Source: Eledone cirrhosa
Lineage: Eukaryota
DNA length: 64,000 bases
Direction: 5' to 3'
Assembly (NCBI GenBank): GCA_964016885.1
Contig: OZ024753.1
Coordinates: 25,854,001 to 25,918,000, forward strand
Part shown: positions 54,665 through 64,000 of the stretch, piece after piece
Position numbering within the stretch: the stretch's first letter is position 1
Layout of the letters: every line of letters starts with the position of its first letter
Position numbers and translations under genes: made by a program
The notes under the pieces: generated by a model
Database searches by the model: none
Seen by the model: only the letters and a program-made list of their open reading frames with translations
Told to the model about the DNA's origin: nothing

Positions 54665-56977
54665 TTATTGTTCATTTAGCTTGGGTTTGAATTTATCAAT
54701 AAAATTCTTTTCTTTGATTTTTCTCTTGATTTCATTTGGGCTGTGTAATTTGTAGAATGGGAATATTATAAATATTCCCTGACCACATGTTGCCAGGTGG
54801 CCGCTTAGGGGTATCTGACGGACATTTGGGTCTCTGATTTGTTGACGGTGTACCCGTGCACGTTCCGATAGTGCATTTCCAGTTTGACCGACATATAGTT
54901 CTTCACAATTCGGGCATTTAATGCAGTAAATTAGATTTCTGCTTTTGCAGTTCATATTTGCATTTGTGAATATTTTTCCAGTTTTTGTTTTCATATATTG
55001 ACCGGCGTGTATGGATTGACATGTGCCGCATCGATTATCATTGCATTTAGATACAGTGAATGATTGGTCTTTGTTGTTAAGGTCAAACTTTGCTTTTGTT
55101 AGCAATTGCTTCAAATTTTTTGGCTGTCTTTTACTAAGAGTCAAAGATCGATCTGTGATTAAGCCTTTTAATTCATTACTTTGAGCAATGATCGGTAGGT
55201 TTGCTTTGGCAGTGTTGAAGATATTCTGGTGACATGGGTTGTGTGTCATTATAAATGGTATGACCAGTTCTTGGTTTCTTCTTCTTTGGGTTGTTCTAAG
55301 TTGTTGTATAGGTATTTTTATAGCCCGCTGTATGCCATTTTCTATAAGTAGAGATGGGTATTTTTGTTTGAGCAAAAATTCTCTTAGTTCTGTTAGGCGT
55401 TTGTACCTGGTATTCGTATCTTCTACAATGGTACAAATTCTTCTGGCTAGGCAGTATGGGATGTTGCGTTTTGTATGAGGTGGATGGCACGACTTAAAAT
55501 TCAGATATTGATGGGTGTCTGTGTGTTTATAATATATGTCCGTGGTAATGGTGGTGTCGTTTTTGATTATCATTATATCTAGGAATGGTAATTTGGTCCT
55601 ACTCATCTCTTTTGTGAATTGGAGAGATGGGTGTAGGTTATTCAGGAGGATATTGAACTCATCCAGAGTATCTAGAGATTCTGTCCAGATGATGAAACAG
55701 TCGTCAAGGTATCTCTTCCAAGATTTTTCAATGTACTTTCTAAAGTCAGTACTATATTTTTCCTCTATTTCTTGGTAGAGTTGTTGTTCTAAGTATCCCA
55801 TTACAGAGTTCGCGTAAACGGGAGCAAACTTCGTTCCCATCGCTGTGCCTCTAATTTGGATGTAATTCTTTCCATTGAAGAAGAAAGTGTTGTTTTCCAG
55901 AATAAGTTTAACTGCGTCTAATATAAATGGCGCTGTGAATCTAATGGGAATCACATCTCTATGTTTTTCCACCCAGTATTTAACCGCCTTTATTCCTAAA
56001 TCATGTGTAATGTTGGTGTAAAGGCTTACCACATCAAAACTGAGTAGAAGTGAATTCGTTTCCGTGGTTTGGGGAAGATGGGACAGGAAGTCGATATCAT
56101 CCCGGATGAAACTGGGTATGTGAATACATAGTGGTTTCAAAATAATGTCAACAAAATTGCTTAGACGGTGAGTGGGGCATGTTGGACCAGCTATAATAGG
56201 TCTAAGTTTTAAGTCTTTTGGGTGTAATAATTTAATGTACTCACTGTTTTGTTCTCTTACTGCCAGTTGTATTTCTTTTGACTTGTGAACTTTCGGTAGG
56301 CCATACAGGTTGCTGGGTTTCGGCTCAAAATTGGTGATGTAGTCTCTTTCCTTATCAGTAAATGAGTTGTGGTATTTTGAAGCCAGGTTGTTGATCTTCT
56401 TCATGATGTTGTGGTCTATATTTGACGGTATTTCATGATAGAATGTTGTGTCTTTCAGTTGTTCCTCAACCAAATCCTTGTAGTATTCAGTATCCATTAT
56501 AACAACTGCACCCCCTTTATCTGCTTGTTTAATTATTATTGTTTTATCATTTTGTATACGTTTAAGTGCAGACATTTCTGATTTGTTAATGTTTGGCCTA
56601 ACATTAGTATTATGTCTAAGAGGAAATTTAGACAGGATGTCAATGTATTGGTCGAGATAGATATTTCTTCCTTTTGGCGGAGTGAAATTTGATTTATTCT
56701 TTACTAGTGATTCATCACTCTCATTATTTTTATCAGCGAAGAATTCTACAAGACGTAATTTTCGACAGAATTCTTGGGTATCCTCCTTCAGTTCTTGGTG
56801 GTTGACTGTTGGAATCGGTGTGAATTTCAGTCCTTTTGACAGAATTTGCATTTCATCATTGTCAAGATCTCTTTTAGATAAATTAATTATTTTAGGATCT
56901 ACGTGTACAGCTGTTTTGGGTATGTTTCCTCCTGGAGTTTTTCTTTTTCCGGTTTTTGTTGTCCTGACGTTAAAAAA
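54665..56977 (-). CDS. PLE reverse transcriptase + C-terminal GIY-YIG endonuclease (intact; open frame starts upstream of first ATG at 56851)
   Basis: KIINLSKRDL..ILSKGLKF, ADKGGAVVI, LYGLPKVHK, SFDVVSLYTNI, GTAMGTKFAP, RYLDDCF, Neptune-like linker CNDNRCGTC, NLIYCIKCPNC..LYVGQT..R..H. Confidence 0.95.
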   Translation of the reverse strand, partial: FFNVRTTKTGKRKTPGGNIPKTAVHVDPKIINLSKRDLDNDEMQILSKGLKFTPIPTVNHQELKEDTQEFCRKLRLVEFFADKNNESDESLVKNKSNFTPPKGRNIYLDQYIDILSKFPLRHNTNVRPNINKSEMSALKRIQNDKTIIIKQADKGGAVVIMDTEYYKDLVEEQLKDTTFYHEIPSNIDHNIMKKINNLASKYHNSFTDKERDYITNFEPKPSNLYGLPKVHKSKEIQLAVREQNSEYIKLLHPKDLKLRPIIAGPTCPTHRLSNFVDIILKPLCIHIPSFIRDDIDFLSHLPQTTETNSLLLSFDVVSLYTNITHDLGIKAVKYWVEKHRDVIPIRFTAPFILDAVKLILENNTFFFNGKNYIQIRGTAMGTKFAPVYANSVMGYLEQQLYQEIEEKYSTDFRKYIEKSWKRYLDDCFIIWTESLDTLDEFNILLNNLHPSLQFTKEMSRTKLPFLDIMIIKNDTTITTDIYYKHTDTHQYLNFKSCHPPHTKRNIPYCLARRICTIVEDTNTRYKRLTELREFLLKQKYPSLLIENGIQRAIKIPIQQLRTTQRRRNQELVIPFIMTHNPCHQNIFNTAKANLPIIAQSNELKGLITDRSLTLSKRQPKNLKQLLTKAKFDLNNKDQSFTVSKCNDNRCGTCQSIHAGQYMKTKTGKIFTNANMNCKSRNLIYCIKCPNCEELYVGQTGNALSERARVHRQQIRDPNVRQIPLSGHLATCGQGIFIIFPFYKLHSPNEIKRKIKEKNFIDKFKPKLNEQ

Positions 56978-57180
56978 TGAATTTTTCTCTGTTCAGGATT
57001 TATATTCCTGTTGGTGTTCGCTTGATGAACTTTTGGTCGTGATATTATATTTGGTTTCGTTATGTATTTTGTCCTATTTTTGGTATTCTGTATATTATTT
57101 TTCTTCCTGTTAGCATTATTTTTAACAATCTGGGAAAATGACCTAGGTTTGCTTTCAGGTTTAGATCGTTTTACACAATC
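56899..57180 (-). CDS. Putative PLE ORF1, C-terminal part (basic, N/K/R-rich), 5'-truncated
   Basis: Hand translation: [93 protein letters not shown]. No stop in ~93 codons of AT-rich DNA. Overlaps the RT frame. Confidence 0.65.
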   Translation of the reverse strand, partial: DCVKRSKPESKPRSFSQIVKNNANRKKNNIQNTKNRTKYITKPNIISRPKVHQANTNRNINPEQRKIHFLTSGQQKPEKEKLQEETYPKQLYT

Positions 57181-57205
57181 CGTGTATATTTACCTATCTA
57201 TATCT

Positions 57206-58044
<839 letters not shown>

Positions 58045-59117
58045 AGTCAACAATAGTGTCACCTTAGGATTTCTATTTTAATATTATTATTACATGCCCT
58101 AATAATTACCATCTTGATTACCCTTATTACACCTTTTTACCCCCAGTTACATCTTTATAAATATGCATTACTTGGACTGATATGTGTATATATACATATA
58201 TATATCCTTATATATACGTCTCTTTTATATATATTTTTTATATATATTTTTGTATATATATTTTTGTGTATTTTATATGTTGTACGTATATCACTTGTTG
58301 AACATAGCTTGATAGCTTATGCATTTGCCAGTCTTATCTTTACCCACACCTTCCTTTAAGGTGTATATTTTACTCCATTTTTTGGGTTGTATTGTTTTAT
58401 TTATCATCTGGTGTATATTTTACTCTACTTTATATTATTTTATTTTATTTTATTTTATTTTATTTTATTACTTTTTATTTTTTATCTTTTATCTATTTTT
58501 TATCTATTTCTTATCTATTTTTTAATCTATTTTTTAATCTATTTTTTATCTATTTTTTATCTATTTTTATTTATTTTTATCCTTTTTTTTTTATCTATTT
58601 TTATCTATTTTTTATCTATTTTTTAATCTATTTTTTATCTATTTTTTATATATTTTATCTACCTCTTATCTATTTTTTATCTATCTCTATCAACTTGTGC
58701 CCATCCGTCTATGATATGTTATATGTATGAGTGTATATTGTATGTGTTGCATATGGGTGCTTGTGTGTAGGTGCATGCGGGTGCTCATGCTTATGCATAT
58801 ACTTGTATGTAGCTGTATGTTAACGGAACCTTGCCCAACTGTGAGTGATAACATTTATTTTATTTTATTTTTTATTTTTTATTTTTCATTTTTATTTTTA
58901 TTTTTATTTTTATTTTTATTTTTATTTTTATTTTTATTTTTATTTTTATTTTTATTTTTATTCTTATTTTCATTCTTATTTTTATGTTTATTTTTATTTT
59001 ACTCTTTTCTTATTTAACTCCTTTTACTTTACTCTTTAAACTCCTCCCAACTTATGGTATCCCCGCATATATTCTTCTGTTTTGGCTTTGTCAATGCTTG
59101 TATACTATGTATTTACT

Positions 59118-59175
59118 CTTTATGCTCTGAAGAGTCCCACTTCTAGTGTGGACGAAACACTGTTAGCAATTAAAG
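59118..59175 (+). ncRNA. Minimal type I hammerhead ribozyme of the pLTR
   Basis: TGCT-CTGAAGA-GTCCCAC[ttcta]GTGTGGAC-GAAACACTGTT-AGCA, with CTTTA/TAAAG extension. Confidence 0.88.
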
Positions 59176-59376
59176 ATATACCTATGTTCTAAGCGCTCTT
59201 TGTTGTTAATTGTATTACGGCTCTGTCCTCTGACATTGAGCTAACCATATACTGCCTATTTGATAAGTGGAGTGTTACACACTCCCATTCTCTCCCTTAT
59301 ATATTATACGGCTCCCACTGGTTGAGCTTCAACTTTGATATACGTGAATTTATATTCTTGTGTATCATCAGGCAGT

Positions 59377-61854
59377 ATGCTAACAAAGACATACTTACCC
59401 ATTTCTTTGAAGAATATTCCCACCTCTTCTAAAATTTCATATGAGAAATTGCTTATAACTAGCATAAATTCCTTTGTAAAACGTGTTCCGTAGCGTGCGT
59501 TCTATTTTGATAAGAAGTATGATAACCCTGATGATAAGTGTAGTTTTAATAATTATGGCTTTAAGACATATAGGAGCCCCACACACAATAGCCTATTGGA
59601 TAATTTCGAAAGTGAGCTGTTATCCCTTGTCAGGAATATTAGGTATAAAAAATCTAGATGTACCAATAAGTTTCAGAGTAAACTCGGTTCAATCGTTAAG
59701 GACTTTAAGGATAATAAATCTATTCTGGTCCCTTCCGACAAAACTAAAAACCTGTATAGTATGGATTATAAAACTTATCGTGTCTTCATTTATAATGAAC
59801 TACATAGGAACTACAAAAAAACAACGCAGAGTAATTTAGATAATATTAATCTATGTTAATAATATTAACATAGTAGTAAAATTAGGTCTAGATAAACACA
59901 CTCAACCATATTACCCCAAACAGCCTAGATTCACCCTTAAGGACCATAAGGAAAACTTTATTAGTAGCCCCTCAGTTAGGCTTATCTGCCCCTCCAAGTC
60001 TGATTTGGGGATTATAAGTAAGAGAATCTTAGATAGCGTAATTCCCCTGGTTAAAGAAAAACATTCCTTGAGCTTTGGGGTAATGCTAGTGAAGTCATTA
60101 GGTGGTTTTCTACGGATTGTGGGCGTGATTCGCTTAGGTTTATCCAATTTGATATTGATGCTTATTATACATCTATATCTCCTATCATCCTCAATAAGGC
60201 CCTTATCCTAGCCATGCAGAGAGGGGTCATTACACGGCCACAGATAGATATCGTTCTCGCCGCACGTAAAACCATCATTATGTTTGAGGATAATTTATGG
60301 ACGAGAAAAAACACACCGGATAATTTTGACATTACTATGGGGTCAAGTGATTCTGCTCAGGTCACCGACTTAGTTGGGCTCTACCTCCTTACTGAACTAC
60401 ATAGTAACTTTCCATTCCTTAGGGGTGGGTTGTACCGTGATGATGCCCTACTCTCCATAGATGCTAGCAAGTATAATATAGTGCGCATTAGGAAAAAGCT
60501 GTATAAATTCTTTAAAACCTTCAATCTGTCCATTACTATGGATATAAATGATAGGACTGTCAACTTCCTTGATGTTACATTGGACTTAGGTAACCATACG
60601 TACACACCCTACCATAAGCCTAATGAATTGCTGACTTATGTGAATACTAACTCCAACCATCCTAAATCGGTCATCGGTGGTATATTGAAGGGGGTCTCTA
60701 GCAGAATAAGTTCACTCTCACATAGCGAAGAGGCGTTTAACTCGCAGGCTGATTATTATAATGATGCCTTAGCTAGATCCGGCTTTAGGGACAAATTACA
60801 TTATGCCCAGGGAAATAATAGTCCAAATAGTAGCTCTACCAGTGTTGTTATAACACATAATATGTCCATTGGTAATAGAGGTGTTTCGAACATGAGGGTT
60901 TTGAATGCCGGTAAAATGCACCAACAGGGTACCAATGGACCAAGTAACAATAACGGTAGGCCTCTTAGCTCCCCGCATAGATTAGGTGAACATAGTAACC
61001 TTAGCAATGGAATTAATAATAATAATAATGGTAATAATAATAGTAATAGTAATAATAGTAATAGTAATAATAGTAATAGTAATAATAATAAGAACAAAAA
61101 GAATAGAAGAAGATTGAATACATATTTTAACCCCCCATTTAACTCCGAAGTGGCTACGAATATTCCTAGGGCCTTCTTCTCTGTGTTAGAGAGGAACTTC
61201 CCTCCTGGTAATAGGTACCACTCTATCCTCAATAAGAATGTGGTTAAACTCTCGTATTCTACAACCCAAAATCTGGCCTCTCATCTAGCCAATACCAATA
61301 ATAAGAAAATTAAGGAAGGCCTCGACACCTTACGCCTAGGGGAAAACATTGGAGTCGACAGAGGTAGCCTGAACACCCGTGGTCACCAAGCTGGGGATCA
61401 TTTAGATAATAGCATCACCAGAAATTGTAACTGTAGAAGGGCTTCGGGCTGCCCCCTGAATGGTTTCTGCCTTACTAGAAACATAGTTTATGCGTGTGAT
61501 GTGGTAACTACTGCGTCCACTAAAACTTATATTGGATCAACTTCCACCCCTTTTAAAACCAGATTTAACTCTCACCAGTGTACATTTAGACATAATAAAC
61601 TGAAGAATTCTACCCCCTTGGCAGCGCACGTCCACAATTTAAAAAATGCACGAACACAGTACACCCTCACTTGGCGGCAAGTTGCTAAATCCCATCCATA
61701 TACTCCTCATAATAGAGTATGTAACCTATGCCTTACGGAATCCCACTCTATTATATTTGCCAAGTGCTCCCTACTAAATAGAAAGTCGGAAATATTTTCC
61801 TCATGCCCCCACCGGATATTAAGCTCTTTCTTTTACTTTAAGCCTATTAGCTAG
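59377..61854 (+). pseudogene. PLE RT + GIY-YIG ORF; frameshifts/stop in the 5' third, open from 60214
   Basis: MLTKTYLPISLKNIP start; PSDKTKNLY; TLKDHKENF..VRLICP; FIQFDIDAYY; TMGSSDSAQV; GLYRDDAL; CNCRRASGC (CxCx5C); NIVY..TYIGST..R..H; CNLCLTE. Lesions near 59490, 59860 and 60070. Confidence 0.9.
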
Positions 61855-63005
61855 CACTTTCAGAATTCTCCAGTTGGGTAATCTAGTGTATTTGTCTCCT
61901 ATTGTTTGTCTTGGTTGTATATGTGTCTGTGTGTATATGTATACCTGAATGTGTATATGGAATTTGGATATCGAGGTGTATACGTGAGTTGGTGTATATG
62001 TTAATAAGCACCCTTGTTCGGTACAGTGGATGTGACCCTTCCATACTTGCCCAGCCACCGTGTGTGTGTTTGCGTATTGGTGGGTCTATCCCAACGTGTA
62101 TTGTATGGATTTGTACCTTTGTATGCTCATGAGTTGTGATGTAATACATCTATGTAGAGTGTGTACTGCGTTATAAGATGCACAATTGATTAGATTTAAC
62201 CTGCCCCTCGCATTCTATCTTATTTTAGTTTATTTAAATTACCTTTGACTCGTGGTGAACCAATGGGCCTGTGCCCATATGGGACGGAGAGTTGGCCAGT
62301 CACTGTGAGCTGACCTGTGCCATCTCGCCGTGGGCGGTAGATATGGAGTACATGTATGTGTTACCCTCCTATTCTGCGGCTCACAGTCTACACGCTGACT
62401 TTGGGGTGTTTTTGCCCGGTGTATTTTTGGCATAGTTGGTCTTCCATAGATTGACGCTCTGTGTTATTCTCCCAAGAATAATGTTTTGGCCCCGATAGCC
62501 TTCCGTATTTATTAACGGTTTGTTTATAATTGAATCTGGTGACTACACGTGGGAATACGCATCTCCTCATAAGGTTGTATTTTGAATATTCTGTATATAT
62601 GTGTACGTATACTGTCTCTGCATATACATGTCTGTGTGTATGTGTGTATGTATAAGTATACATATACTGTCTCTGGACTAACCCTAATGTTGAGTATATT
62701 CTTGTGGTGCCGGATTGTTGCTCAATGTTATGATTTTGTGGTTATCGGCTTTGGAAGCTATTTGTTATGCACTGTTGTTGAGTTTTCTTATCTTATATTA
62801 TATTAAATGGTATGCATAATAACCTGCTTCACCTGACTGTGTTTTACCACCTGCACTTGCCTGCTTCTGCTCACTAATATGCGCCTCAGTTATTTGCCTC
62901 TTGATGTTCGTGCTGCGGTATATGAATTTGCCTCAAACCTTCCCAGCATTTGCTCCTGCTTGTGATATGGATACACCTTGTTAACCAGTTAATTCTTGCC
63001 TGAGT

Positions 63006-63140
63006 GCTCAACTCTATGAATGCACATCTGTGTATTGAACTTTGTAGTGTGAACTTTTTCGGATTGCCCAACCGCTCAACTCTATGAATGTACACCTGTG
63101 GATTGAACTTTGGAGTGTGAACTTTTGGGACTGTCCAACC
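63006..63140. repeat. 68-bp tandem duplication in the PLE 3' region
   Basis: GCTCAACTCTATGAATG..CCAACC at 63006 and 63074. Confidence 0.85.
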
Positions 63141-63293
63141 TGGGATGTTTCCATTGCATTGTAATGGTCAACTCAATCTAGTGCGGACATAGCATCTGTT
63201 CATAAAAAATCTCATTCGAACACTCTATTGTTGAACTGTGGCTAACTGCAACACCTAAGGCGTTCGTGTCCTGATATATTCCATATATCACCA

Positions 63294-64000
63294 TGAGTCA
63301 ACACTAGTGTCACCTTAGGATTTCTATATTAATATTATTATTACATGCCCTAATAATTACCATCTTGATTACCCTTATTACACCTTTTTACCCCCAGTTA
63401 CATCTTTATAAATATGCATTACTTGGACTGATATGTGTATATATACATATATATATCCTTATATATACGTCTCTTTTATATATATTTTTTATATATATTT
63501 TTGTATATATATTTTTGTGTATTTTATATGTTGTACGTATATCACTTGTTGAACATAGCTTGATAGCTTATGCATTTGCCAGTCTTATCTTTACCCACAC
63601 CTTCCTTTATGGTGTATATTTTACTCCATTTTTTTTGGTGTATTGTTTTATTTATCTTCTGGTGTATATTTTACTCTACTTTATATTATTTTATTTTATT
63701 TTATTTTATTTTATTATTTTTTATTTTTTATCTTTTATCTATTTTTTATCTATTTCTTATCTATTTTTTATCTATTTTTTATCTATATTTTAATCTATTT
63801 TTTAATCTATTTTTTTATCTATTTTTTATCTACCTCTTATCTATTTTTTCTCTATCTCTATCTCTTAACTTGTGCCCATCCGTCTATGATATGTTACTTG
63901 TATGAGTGTATATTGTATGTGTTGCATATGGGTGCTTGTGGTAGGTGCATGCGGGTGCTCATGCTTATGCATATACTTGTATGTAGCTGTATGTTAACGG
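63294..64000 (+). repeat. Downstream copy of the PLE direct repeat (pLTR)
   Basis: Matches 58043-58826 with a few substitutions and indels in T-rich tracts. Confidence 0.95.

Larger units (their letters stand above)
53321..57205 (-). mobile_element. Neptune-type Penelope-like element, permuted/partial-tandem insertion in (TA)n
   Basis: Order on minus strand: short inverted tail, ORF1 C-terminus, RT+GIY-YIG ORF, promoter+HHR, ORF1 N-terminus. Confidence 0.9.
58043..64000 (+). mobile_element. Hydra-clade-like Penelope-like element, partial tandem with long direct repeats, runs off the window
   Basis: 58043-58826 is repeated at 63294-64000 (offset ~5.2 kb). HHR, then RT+GIY-YIG ORF, lie between the repeats. 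Confidence 0.88.

Noticed and set aside
58114-59039. F/I/Y/L-rich ORFs, repeated at 63365-63905
   Set aside because: T-rich low-complexity pLTR sequence with frame-breaking indels between the copies.

Overview
Repeat-dominated eukaryotic DNA, probably cephalopod (octopus-like; inferred from the (TA)n seas and the SINE type). I recognise no host gene. Bases 1-33.6 kb are one 57-bp satellite array with nested higher-order repeats that grade into a monomeric edge; its long ORFs are artefacts. Bases 33.7-64 kb are (TA)n microsatellite holding many retroelements: a decayed L1/Tx1-type LINE, a tRNA-derived SINE, and Penelope-like elements (PLEs). Two results stand out. (1) A Neptune-type PLE (minus strand, 53.3-57.2 kb) appears to have two ORFs. 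A basic/coiled-coil ORF1 overlaps the RT+GIY-YIG ORF2 at an in-frame U-UUU-UUA slippery site, which suggests a gag-pol-like -1 ribosomal frameshift in a group classically described as single-ORF. (2) About ten type I hammerhead ribozyme (HHR) motifs occur, most in small non-coding partial-tandem or inverted elements (about 470 and 629 nt units) that look like PLE-mobilised retrozymes. All structures were read by eye; no searches or folding programs were run.
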